Assembly: GCF_006345805.1 (NCBI RefSeq)
Contig: NC_043000.1
Span: 26,660,001-26,724,000 of the forward strand
Direction: 5' to 3'
Origin: Octopus sinensis
Taxonomy: Eukaryota
Length of the DNA stretch: 64,000 bases
The position numbers and the translations under genes were made by a program. Positions 25,198 to 37,528 of this stretch are shown in pieces (position 1 is the first letter of the stretch; every line of letters begins with the position of its first letter). The notes under the pieces were generated by a model that was not told where the DNA came from, made no database searches, and saw nothing but the letters and a program-made list of their open reading frames with translations.

Positions 25198-25664
25198 AAA
25201 AGCCTTCTTTTTTCTGTTGTGGGCTTATATGCCCATTTATTAGACTATTTTCCTTGGTCATTGCACGATGATTGCCAAAACACGGCGCCATATATTAAAA
25301 CCATTCCCACCGAAAGCATATATATAGACATAAATATATTATATACATTCATATATATATATATATATATACATGTATGTACGTATACATACATATATGT
25401 ATACATGCGTACATTAAGTATGTATATAAGAATGTCTATGTATGAACGTATGTGTAAATGTGTATTATATATCATCCTTAACTTTATTCGCCAGGATTCA
25501 ATAAAGTTAGAGATGTCGATCGAAGATGATTGGACAAAACAAAGTCGCATAAAAGGCCATAACAATTAAAATGGCGACGATAACGAAGCATTATAAGCAA
25601 CACTAAACAATTTACAAGGATCACAACGTCCATATTTCGCGTGAGTAAGACGTGGGCATATATT

Positions 25665-25701
<37 letters not shown>

Positions 25702-26217
25702 TGAATGAATGTACGTGTGCCGTGTGTACTTGAGTATGTAGGGATTATATTCTAGGTCTGTGCTTCGTTATATGTATGTAGCTATGCTCGTACGCGTGTC
25801 CGAGCGAATGTATGCATGCATGTATATGTGTCGATATATATATATATATATATATGGGTTTGCGTGTGTGTGAGTGGTGACATCATCAGTCAGAATTCCT
25901 TATATGTGCATATGCTTGCGTTTTTGTCTGCGTGTGGTGTGTTCTCGTGTGCGCAAAGTAGTTTAATGTAGCTAATTATAGCAAGTTGTCAGAATGCTAC
26001 GCCATAACTGAACGTGCATAAATGTAAAGCAAGGCGTCTAACTGCCATATGATAACATCGGAATAGTGTACGAGCGTTGGCCATTTAGTAAAACGAAGCG
26101 CAGCGCTTGTGGTCAAGATGAATTTACTTCTGTTGAAGCGGAAATTACATCGATAAAAAGACATTAACATTTTAGGGTGTGTTTAATTAAACGATACATA
26201 CAATATATACAAGTCAG

Positions 26218-26219
26218 AA

Positions 26220-26296
<77 letters not shown>

Positions 26297-26312
26297 GTCT
26301 GTCTGTCTGTAT

Positions 26313-26349
<37 letters not shown>

Positions 26350-26350
26350 T
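26218..26350 (+). repeat. (ATCT)n(GTCT)n compound microsatellite; (GA)n follows at ~26460-26580
   Basis: Direct arrays. Confidence 0.95.
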
Positions 26351-26466
26351 TATCTTTCTCAATAACGAGTCTGATTACTTATCTGTCGATCTCTCAATTT
26401 TTCAGTGAATTGCTTGCGTTTCTCTATATCGTAAGTTAGGAAAACTTGAACGTTTCGGGAGGGAGG

Positions 26467-26509
<43 letters not shown>

Positions 26510-26902
26510 AAAGAAATCTAGAAAGATGGGGAGAGAGAGAAGGAAAGAGAGAGAAAGAGAACAGTGAGAGACTGAAAGAAGAGGAAACTGTCTCTGAGAG
26601 AGATGGCGAAAACGTTTTTCTCTCACTTTCAGACGAAAAGGCAAACAGCCAAGTCTTTCTCCCCACAGTATACGAACTTACGACTTCACAGTATCTATAT
26701 CGCCGGCATCATGTCACAACCAATTTCCCTAGAGACCTGTTTTACTTAGCTACTTTGGAGTTCCAGTTCATGTGAGATCATGAGATTGTCTGAAACTATT
26801 ACATCGTGCAAAAATGATGATAGCCTTTTAATAATAATAAAACAAAACAGATAATGTTATGATTACCTTTCTAATATTTTTAGGATAATATTACATGTGT
26901 GT

Positions 26903-27273
26903 GGAAGCACTCCGTCGGTTACGACGACGAGGGTTCCGGTTGATCCGAATCAACGGAACACGCTGCTCGTGAAATTAACGTGTAAGTGGCTCAGCACTCC
27001 ACAGACACGTGCACCCGTAACGTAGTTCTAGGGGATATTCAGCGTGACACGGCCGGCCCTTTGAAATACAGGTACAACAGAAACAGGAAGTAAGAGTGAG
27101 AGAAAGTTGTGGTGAAAGAGTACAGCAGGGATCACCACCATACCCTGCCGGAGCCTCGTGGAGCTTTAGGTGTTTTCGCTCAATAAACACTCACAACGCC
27201 CGGTCTGGGAATCGAAACCGCGACCCTACGACCGCGCGTCCGCTGCCCTAACCACTGGGCCATTGCGCCTCCA
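26903..27273 (-). mobile_element. SINE family C, full length
   Basis: Near-identical to 2688-3070. Confidence 0.9.
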
Positions 27274-27724
27274 CTAGAATATTACATACACACTTACATA
27301 TAAACATATATCCATGCCAATGAAAGAGTCTTCGATCTAGATTAGAAACCGGCTTTCTCTATTGGCAATGACATTCATACATACACATATACACACACTG
27401 AGCAATGACATTCATACATACGTAGATATATACACCCCACCACATACATACACATACGCATATGGGTTTCTGCTCAATCTTCCTGTCCCAAATTTATTGA
27501 TAAGGCATTGATCGACTCGGCACTATCGTAGAAACCATTTGCCAAAGGCACCACGCAGAGGGATCGAACATGAAACGACACAGTTATATCAGCATTAGAC
27601 AATGGATAAATATCTTTTGGTGAATTTTGCAGACTTCGTGCAACAATTCTCCGCAGTGGTCTTATGATTAATTTTATTTGAAGCCCACCCCAGAGTTACA
27701 GTTGCCAACCATAACAAAATACGA

Positions 27725-28500
27725 TATTCGTTTCTACTCTAGATACACGGCCCGAAATTTGGGGGGAGGGAGCTAGTACTTAGTTTATCGACCCCGAAAG
27801 GATGAAAGACAAAGTCGACCTCGGCGGAATTTGAACTCAACGTAAAGGACAAAATACAACATTGCTTTCTATTCTAGGCACACGGCTCGAAATTTTTGGG
27901 TTGGGCGCCAGTCGATTAGATCTACCACAGTATGCAACCGGTACCTAATTTATCGACCCCGAAAGGATAAAAGTAAAGAAATAGGTATTTTGTCTGACTT
28001 TACGTTCCCAGTTGAATTTCCACCGAGGTCAACTGTGTCTTTCATCCTTTCGGGGTCGATAAATTAAGTACCAGTTGCGTACTGAGGTAGATCTAATCGA
28101 CTGGCGCCCACCCCAAAAATTTCGAGCCGTGTGCCTAGAGTAGAAAAGAATGTTGTATTTTGTCCTTTACGTTGAGTTCAAATTCCGCCGAGGTAGACTT
28201 TGCCTTTCATCCTTTCGGCGTCTATTAAATAAGTACCAGTTACGCTCTGCGGTCGATATAATCGACTTAATTCGTTTGTCCTCTCTGTGTTTAGCCCCTT
28301 GTGGGTAGTAAAGAAGTAGGTATTTCGTCTGTCGTTACGTTCTGAGTTCCAATTCCACCGAGGCCGACTATGCCTTTAATCCTTTCGAGGTCGATAAATT
28401 AAGTACCAGTTACACACTGGGGTTGATGTAATCGACTTGATCTCTTTATCTGTCCTTGTTTTTCCCCTCTGTGTTTAGCCCCTGTCGGCAATGAAGAAAT
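27725..28500. mobile_element. SINE family A cluster containing a local inverted duplication
   Basis: Minus units at 27725-27968 and plus units at 27985-28500; arms 27795-27968 and 28044-28217 are reverse complements. Confidence 0.85.
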
Positions 28501-28731
28501 AAATAATAAGAAATAAAGACCGCTATTGTAGAAAACACTCAACTAGTCCCGACACATTTATCGAAAATGCAAAGCTGCCGATGAAAAGGCACCCATAAAC
28601 ATCTGCAATTTTGCAGGGATCTTAAAAATTTGTGGAAGGACTGGGCGAAAGTTATTGTAATTACCGAAACATGCATTCAGAAATACATATCTAATGCTTC
28701 TTTTGTTCGTCGTTAATAAAATTCAATTTAA

Positions 28732-28950
28732 CCCATTAAGTCCCAGAGTACTTAAATTTCTGAATATTTAAAATTTTTGCAGATGATTGAAAATAGGTTA
28801 AAAAGAAAAAAATAATTATTGAAACTTCTTTACTTCTAGTAGAAGTGGAAATACTAGATGTCCTATGAATAGGACACTGAGACAATGTCATATAGCTTAT
28901 TTAATATTCTCATTTAGTGTCCTATTTATAGGACAGTGGGATTTAATGGG
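28732..28950. mobile_element. piggyBac-type MITE
   Basis: TTAA|CCCATTAAGTCCCA ... TGGGATTTAATGGG|TTAA (13/14 TIR match, TTAA TSD), with two internal palindromes TGTCCTAT..ATAGGACA. Confidence 0.85.
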
Positions 28951-29295
28951 TTAATGGATTTAATGCTTGTTCATTATGCTTTGGAGAGATTTTGTGAAGA
29001 AAAAAGCTGATATTTGGAGAATGCCTTAAGATATGAAAATATACTCTGAAACTTACCGGTATGTTACGAAAGACGTGGCACATTTTTTGTAATACACCGC
29101 TAAGTTTTCAACATTTTCAATACCTCTTATAAAATCTTTTAAAGTCTTGTAAAATCTAATATATTCTTTTGTAGTCTTATACCATCTAATAAACATTTTG
29201 CAATAAAATACGGTTAATCATAACTGAATTATATAATGTGAGAGGATCGCGTACGGCGACATATTGTAAAATACGTGAAACGCTTGTTTGATATT

Positions 29296-29694
29296 TCTCT
29301 ATATATAAAGCTGAAGTTGTCTGTGTATGGTAGGTTTGGTAGCCTTAAACTAATACCATCTCCTCCGAGACCCAGAGGCGCAAGTTGACCAAAATTGAGA
29401 GTATGATAGAAGAAGGCTTGGTCTTCCTTCTGTAGAAGAAAAAAAATTCAAGTCGGACCATGTTAACACCGAAAATTATTTACATCAAAAAGGTGCTTTT
29501 TTTCTATGAAAATCCCTATTGTTTTTACGATTTTTGACTGCTGTGTTGCCATTTTTCGGTGTATTTCAACCAGAAAAATGTTCACTTAAAGGGAATAACA
29601 AGCTACATAATCCAAAATGTTTACTTTTCAAAAATTCCAATTCTAAAGGGTCGAAAAGAAAACAAACCCGAGCAACGCCGGGTGATACTGCTAG
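29296..29694 (+). mobile_element. Non-autonomous Helitron
   Basis: 5' TCTCTATATATAAAG; 3' hairpin CCCGAGCAACGCCGGG, then TGATACTGCTAG|T. Confidence 0.8.
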
Positions 29695-30192
29695 TTAATG
29701 ATATAATTCTACGCGGACTATCCATGCGTGCGTCTAACCATGCTTGCGCTGAGCCATGTCTGCACCTTTTAGAATTAAAAGTTTTGACATGTCTTCGACT
29801 TTTAATATTATAAGTATTAGTTTAAGTAGCTGTTTGGCATTATTTCTAGCAGGTTGAGTAGGTATACAAAGGCTCCCTCATTTACTTAGTTACTTTATTA
29901 GGAAGTTACACTATGCTGGCGACATTCTACATAATCAACAACAGCAAATCGAAATTGCTCTTCATCCAATGAATCCAGCTCCTTAGTCGGATATGCGATA
30001 AAAATTGCGCAACAGAACACAGAATATCGGAATTGATTAATACGTAAATCATATAAACGTATATTCTTACATAGAGCTCATTTATTATTAATAATTATGT
30101 ATCGTAATTCTTATAAAATCCTTATCTTTTCTGAACGTAATGGGCCTTAGCGATGGTTTCAATATCTCAGTATGGCTATTTAAGAGTGAAAA

Positions 30193-30250
<58 letters not shown>

Positions 30251-30538
30251 AGAGAGAGAGAGAGAATAAGTGCGAGAGAGAAGTGACAGAGAGAAAAAGA
30301 GAATGATTACAAGAAGAGAGAGCAAGGGAGGGAGAGAGAGAGAAGGGCGGTGAGATTTATGGAGATCGTTTTTCCATGTTCCAACTAAACAAACAGACGA
30401 ACTACAAAAGATAGTACAATTTTTATCCTATCAGACTTCATGGTAAGATTAGGAAGTACTTAAAAAAGATATTAAGAGATTTAATTGTCAGCAGTGCGCC
30501 AGAAACGTATTCAGAGACGAAGTTTTCAATAATAATAG

Positions 30539-30592
<54 letters not shown>

Positions 30593-30620
30593 TAATAATA
30601 ATAATAATAATAATAATAAT

Positions 30621-30722
30621 GTGCCTGGTGTACCTTTATCAGACGGGTAGTCATGATGGGTATATTGGGCTTCATATTTTACCCCAGTGTCACTTTGATG
30701 GCATGCACTGCTCTCTCACTCA
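30621..30722 (+). mobile_element. Retroposon family D, extreme 3' fragment in (TAA)n
   Basis: Matches 6880-6982; (AAT)n on both sides. Confidence 0.85.
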
Positions 30723-30736
30723 ATAATAATAATAAT

Positions 30737-30938
30737 TGGCACAAAACCAGTAGGTTCAGCCGAGTGGATAAGTCGATTACATAGACTCCAGTGCTCAGCT
30801 GGTATTTATTTCATTGACCCCGAGAGAGTGATGGGCAAAGTCGACCTCGGTGGAATTTGAACTCAGAACGTAATATCGGGCGAAATGCTGCTAAGCGTTA
30901 TCTCTGGTATGCAAACGATTTTGCCAGCCCGTTGCCTC
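30737..30938 (-). mobile_element. SINE family A, degenerate, alternative tail
   Basis: AAAGTCGACCTCGGTGGAATTTGAACTCAGAACG core. Confidence 0.75.
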
Positions 30939-31045
30939 AAAGAAAAAGTAATCACATAGTTTTGCTTTCGCGTTAGAAGGTAAAAACTAAAGCAAATACA
31001 TTTAAAAAAAACCGATTTTCTTGTGCAATAATAATAATAATAATC

Positions 31046-31093
<48 letters not shown>

Positions 31094-31095
<2 letters not shown>

Positions 31096-31924
31096 CTGGA
31101 CTAAACTAAACGCAAAAGAAATAGACAAAGAAAAATCCCAGCAATGGTTGAGAAGCTCAGGACTCAAAGCAGAAACAGAGGGATTTTTAATTGCAGCACA
31201 AGACCAAAGCCTCCCCACCAGAAATTACCAAAAACATGTAATGAAAAGAAATATTACAAGTAACTGCAGAATATGTGGAGATGGACAAGAAACAATAAAT
31301 CATATTATCTCTAGCTGCCCAGTCCTGGCTAAGAAGGAATATATTCACAGACATGACAGAGTTGGAACCTACATACATTGGAAGCTATGCCAACATTATG
31401 GAATAACAACAGAAAAAGATGGTATAGGCACACACCAGAAAAGGTCACAGAAAACGAGAAAGCAACCATACTCTGGGATATGCCGATACACACAGATAGA
31501 GAAATTAAGGCCAACAGACCAGATATAGTTGTCAGAGATCATGAAGAAAAAAAATGCTTTCTAATTGATGTATCAATACCGGCTGATGACAACGTGTCTC
31601 TAAAAGAAATGGAGAAACTCTCAAAATACAAAGACCTGGAAATAGAGGTAACTAGAATGTGGAATCTGAAAACAGAAACAATTCCTATCATAGTAGGTGC
31701 ATTAGGCATGATAAAAAAATATTCAGACAAATACATAACAAAAACACCATAACAAAACACATATAACATACAGAAAATTGCACTACTAGGCACTGTACAC
31801 ATCCTACGCAGAACACTTTCCATACAATAACCATCAGAGCATCACAACAAATCACAGCACATACCCAAGGCACACAGAGCTGCGCTCGGTAGTGAAGTGA
31901 AAGCACACTATAAAAATAAAACTA

Positions 31925-31928
<4 letters not shown>
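31094..31928 (+). mobile_element. R4/Dong-like LINE, 5'-truncated 3' end (CCHC finger + RLE endonuclease + 3' UTR) in (TAA)n
   Basis: WLRSSGLKAETEGFLIAAQDQSL, CRICGDGQETINHIISSC, RHDRV, ANRPDIVV, LIDVSIP, KLSKYKDL, IPIIVGALG; one frameshift and one in-frame stop; (AAT)n on both sides. Confidence 0.92.
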
Positions 31929-31964
<36 letters not shown>

Positions 31965-31980
31965 TAATAATAATAATAAT

Positions 31981-32644
31981 TGCCCTGATACAGTACAAGA
32001 CTATGGCTCTTCCCTAATAGAGTACCAGGCAGTGGCCCTCATGGATATGCCCTAATGCAGTACCAGGCAATGGCTCTCATGGCTATGTCCTGATGCAGTA
32101 CCAGGCAAAGGCTCTCATGGCTATGCCTTAATGCAGTACCAGGCAGTGGCTCTCATGGCTTCTGATCATAAGTGATTGCAAGTGTTATCATATCCATTGT
32201 TTTGTCTTGGTATAAAAGCATTCTGCTCACTACCACGATTTGTTTGTCAGTTGGTTCACCTTAACCAGTTGAGTACGTCCCTTAGTGATGGACGATACGT
32301 GCATCTCTGATCACGAGCGGAATTCGCGAGGGAGCATCATAGCCATGTGGAATTCTTTGGGGTTTGGAATAACTTACCTCTGGAAACATGGGTGTCTCGC
32401 TCAACAAGCTTAAATAATCCTTATTCAAGGACTGTTTGAGCGGGATGGGCCACTCGACCTGAAGAAAATTCTAACTGGCCCCATATGTAAGGCCATGTGC
32501 TGTTTATCTTGGTGTGGCATCACCATGTTCTGTACATGTGGTTGTGATACATGTGCCTCAGACAGGTAGCCATGATGGGTATATTGGGCTTCGTATATTT
32601 GTACCCCTAGTGTCACTTTGATGGCATGCGCTGCCCTCTCACTC
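31981..32644 (+). mobile_element. Retroposon family D, longest copy, with five 38-bp tandem units at its 5' end
   Basis: Unit GCCCTAATGCAGTACCAGGCAGTGGCTCTCATGGCTAT at 31982-32160; 3' end ...CTCTCACTC(AAT)n. Confidence 0.8.
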
Positions 32645-32694
<50 letters not shown>

Positions 32695-32975
32695 GAGATG
32701 TGAATTTTCTTTCCTCTATTCCCCCGTTTTTCCTTTTTCTTTTTTGTTTCTTTCTATTTTCTATATTTTCTTTTTTCCTTTATTCTTTCATTTTTACTCC
32801 CTTTTTCTATCACATAGCTCGACTTTGTAATTTAACAATCTGGTGTATTTATTTTAATGGTTTTCTTTTCTATACAATGGTTTTCTTTGACCTAGGTGTT
32901 GGGAAGATGCTCGGCAAGAAATGGAAAGAAAATTGAAAGAAGAAAAATATAACAATAAAGATAATGCTGATAATG
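32695..32975 (+). mobile_element. 3' UTR-only fragment of the R4-like LINE subfamily seen at 56720-59390
   Basis: Shares TGTGAATTTTCTTTCC, CTATCACAT..GACTTTGTAA..AACAATCT.GTGT.TTTATTTTAATGG and CTAGGTGT..GGAAGA with 59190-59390. Confidence 0.7.
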
Positions 32976-33124
32976 TTTTTTTATTGGCCACAAGGGCCCA
33001 AGACATGGAAGACAATATCAAATGACATGCTAGAACACACAGAACAGACGGGGTTCGCATCGATGAAAGACACTACAACACAAGGACGTAACAAAAGAAG
33101 TTAGAAAAATACATAATTAATTAA

Positions 33125-33490
33125 TACGCGCAGGTGTGGCTGTGTGGTAAGTAGCTTGCTTATCAACCACATGGTACTACGTTCAGTCCCACTGTGTAGC
33201 ACCTTGGGCAAGTTCCTCAGGCAGACCCAAACCCTGTGAGTGGATTTGGTAGAAGGAAACTGAAAGAAGCCCGTCGTATATATATATATGTATGTGTGCG
33301 TATATGTTTGTGGGTCTGTGTTTGTCTCCCAACATTGCTTCACAACCGATGCTAGTGTGTTTACGTCTCCGTAACTTAGTGGTTCGGCCAAAGAGACCGA
33401 TAAATAAGTACTAGTCTTACAAAGACGGTACTCCAGCATAGCCGCAGTCAAATGACTAAAAAAAAAAGTAAAAGAGTAAAAGAGTACAAG
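33125..33490 (+). mobile_element. SINE family B with internal deletions
   Basis: Family head and tail. Confidence 0.85.
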
Positions 33491-33959
33491 AGAATCCCTA
33501 ATACCGGGGTAGTGTACTAACGTGTAATTCGGGATATATCCCACGCCAAAATCCCGGATTACAATGCCACCAACCACTAAGGCATGGAAACCGCCATCTT
33601 CCTGTTTCTTTCCTCGTACGTACGATCAGAGTAGATCCATTCAGTTTTGCCAATAATAATAATATTAATATCACAACAACGATGACGATGACGACGATGA
33701 TGATGATGATGATGATGATGGAGAAGCTGGTGATGACGATGATAAAGCATGTAGGTTAGCTTACGAAGTTAAATACTAAGCATATTATCTGCTCCATTCT
33801 GACCTGGTAGTAGTAAATCTCGTCGAAAAAAATTAGTTCGATTTCACTATCAATATCACTTACGATCGGTTTCTAGGGATTTCTGGTGAAATGCCATTGA
33901 GATAACGGAATAATTATGCAAAAAAAAAAGCTCCAAAAAATGCCCACGAAAAGTGAAAA

Positions 33960-34195
33960 AACGATAATGATAATAATAGAGGTGATGACGATGATGATGA
34001 TGATTGTGGGAATAACACTGTTAGCAAAAACAGTATCAGTACCACCACCACCACCACCACCACTACTTCTACTACTACTACTACTACTAGTGATGGTGAT
34101 GATGATGATGATGATGATAATAATAATGATAATAATAATAATAATAATAGTAATAATAATAATAATGATAATGATAACAGTAATCTTAACAACAA
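33960..34195 (+). repeat. Compound trinucleotide microsatellite (GAT/CAC/CTA/AAT)
   Basis: Direct arrays. Confidence 0.9.
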
Positions 34196-34323
34196 TGGTA
34201 GCAGAAAGATAGAGACGGTCCGAATAGTCATATAGTCATTATTTATAACAACATTATATTCTGCTTGAAAAATGAGAAGAGATATCCGTTACTTTTGGCT
34301 GATACGCTATGGATACATGTCAG

Positions 34324-34392
<69 letters not shown>

Positions 34393-34978
34393 GAATATGT
34401 AGGTGTGTGTGTGTGTGTGTGTGCAATATATGTGAAGATGTGTGTATGTTAACGATGGTATCTAGTTAAACTTGTGTGAAAATGAATTTATATAGATGAA
34501 CGTACAAATATGGATATCAGTATGAATACATATAACATATATACATACATGCATGTATACATACACATACGTATATATGTACGTATGTATACACAAATGT
34601 ACAAGCATATCGTTTATGTATAATATATTCGCAAACGTATACACATACATGTATATGTGCACATATCCAAACATACACAGAAGGAAGCGCACACATTACA
34701 CAGATACGTGTATGTGAATATATGTGCTAATTAAATGTGTATGTGTGTTATGTATACACATTTATATGTACATATGTTATAACCATATACATACATACAC
34801 ACACACGCATACATACATCCATACGCACGTATGTACGTACGTACATATAAATAGATGCACTCACACATACAAACACACACACACGCACACACACACACAT
34901 ATATATATATATGCATACATATATGTATGCATGTATATATATATACATATATGCATACATATATATATGTATATATAT

Positions 34979-35033
<55 letters not shown>

Positions 35034-35605
35034 TTCTCTGTATATGCCTATATACATGCATACATATAGCATATATGCATATATAGGTGTGTATATCTAC
35101 GTATATAGAAGCATACAGATGCGCATAAATAAATGCATTAAATACACATATCGATGAACGCACACAACGGATCGATCTTTGGTATTCTCGTTGTATTTCA
35201 TGTTGTTTCTCGATAAGTTTTCCCAGCGGATGATTATAGCAAACTGGCCTCTTTATCGACACTAAACCTGACTTTATACCTCTACATACATCCTCATTTA
35301 CATCATTCCGTGATTCTCCGACGTTCCCTGCTGGCGCCTCCACCCTTTCTCGTTCGCGAATCCTTGTTTAATACTGTATCTGGCTTTAGTTCAGCCATCT
35401 GAGTCACAGATGCAAAAATGTTGGATTACACGCAACTCCAGATGGAAATGTGATGTGATGGGGGGGGATATGGAAAAGTGAGAACAATGTGATAGGGAGA
35501 ATGTGATGGAGAGAGAGAGAGAAGACAGAATGAGGAAGGATAAGATAGAGAGAGAGGGAGAGTAAGAAAATAGAAGAGACTCATAAAGGATATGTATAAA
35601 GGGGG

Positions 35606-35647
<42 letters not shown>

Positions 35648-35957
35648 CATATATAGATATGTATATATACATCCATGTATATACTTTCATATATATATAT
35701 ATATATGCAGATATACATATATGTATTTATATATATTTACATATATGTATATATTTATTTGTATATATATATATATGTATTTATATATATTTACATATAT
35801 GTATATATTTATTTGTATATATATATATTACATATATATATTTATATATGTACAGATATATATATGTGTGTATATACAGATATACAGATATGTATATACA
35901 TATATGTAACATGTATATATATATATATATATATGTACTTTTACGTATATATATAAT

Positions 35958-36021
<64 letters not shown>

Positions 36022-37009
36022 TATATATGTGCGTATACAAATACATATATGTATATACATATCCGTCACATGCACACACTCACCAACACACACATATATA
36101 TATATATATATACTCATAAACACGCACAAATATATGTATAATCCTATACATATACAAAGATACAAACATACTTAGATATATCAAGAGTTACGCGCACACA
36201 AGCATACAAATTATATAGATTATATACATTTCTTATGCATATATGCTATGATTCGCTTTAACGCACCATGCACACGCAGATATACACTCGGATCGACAAG
36301 CACAACGTGACATGCCTAAGTTTTTACATCTGATATGACAATGTACAATATCTCTGCAATCGATTCCGCTTAATTGCAAAGCGGATAATTACATGATTGT
36401 GTAATTGCATTTAATTGCGTAACTTTTCAAAATAACGATCCGTTGAGCTTCGAAACTTGGAAAATTGATCGGTTAATGGCGTAAGCATGGCATGAAAGCG
36501 ATCAACATCAACACAGGGTACTTAGAATCAGTCACTGGCAATAGGACTCTATGGAAACTGTGTGTGTCACAGGCATGAAGAAGTGGTGAACAGAAACCCT
36601 TAAATGACCAGATGGACAAAGTTAGTAAGTGTATATTACGTCATCGCATTGAAACTTCATATCCAGCGGGTATTGGTTTGTCTGATAAATTCGTTCGTTT
36701 TTATTCTTTTTCTCTCACTTATTTTAATCTTTCTTCTGCAACAAATTTTCACAGATGAGTCAATAATGTATTCCCCTTCACTGTTTATTGACAAGAAGCC
36801 TTGAAGAATGAAGGAAAAAATATTGATTGCTTTGTTAAAATTCTTGATGAAAAATGCAGATAAATGCAGATGTGCTTGTGTGGTAAAAAGTTTGCTTCCC
36901 ATCCAGATGGTTCAGGACTCAGTTCAACTGCGTAGTACCTTTGGCAAATCTCTTCTTCTTCAGCTTCGTCCAGCTAATAAAATTTGTGACAAGAATTAAA
37001 AAAAAAAAC

Positions 37010-37200
37010 CCAAAACATTGAGGGATATGAACAACTTCCGTGAGAGATAAAACCTTTTTGGACAAAAGGAAAGGTTGTGGTAGTCCCCGTGATTGTTGGG
37101 GTGCTTGGTATTGTGAGCACTAGGATTGGAGACTATTTTAAATGACACCCGAATTACAACATCTCAACATATTTTGTACGATAAGCAGAACAATAATCGT
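37010..37200 (+). mobile_element. R4-like RLE endonuclease C-terminal relic
   Basis: IEGYEQL..EIK.FW...KVVVVPVIVGVLGIVS, cf. the VPVVVGALG motif. Confidence 0.55.
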
Positions 37201-37528
37201 AATTTTTAATTTAAGCCAGCGATATTGAATGGAGCCATGCACTGGTAGGGGTCATTGCTGTACTTGACTGGTATTTTATTTTATTGACACCGGAAGAATG
37301 AGATGCAAATTGATCACAGGTCTGATAAGGCTTGATCTAGGTGCAGAGGAAAATATGAAATGCTTCAATAGAATATCAATTTCATTTCCGTTAAGGCTTC
37401 TGTTTTATAAATTTATAGCATTGGAGTTCTTATTGGATTTATATATTGCTTTTGTTTCGCCGGGTTTGCGACCAGGTTTTAATACATTTCCTACACAAAA
37501 AGAAGTATTTGCTATATTTTGTTCTCTT

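Noticed and set aside
31982-32160. 38-bp repeats as a CRISPR array, or a U2 snRNA-derived head (TGCAGTACC..AGG)
   Set aside because: The units abut with no spacers in a eukaryotic context, and the U2 resemblance is only about 9-12 nt.
34861-35343. Minus-strand ORF (V)[13 protein letters not shown]...
   Set aside because: Non-ATG start, an in-frame stop just upstream, a 3' half that is microsatellite, and no homology recognised.
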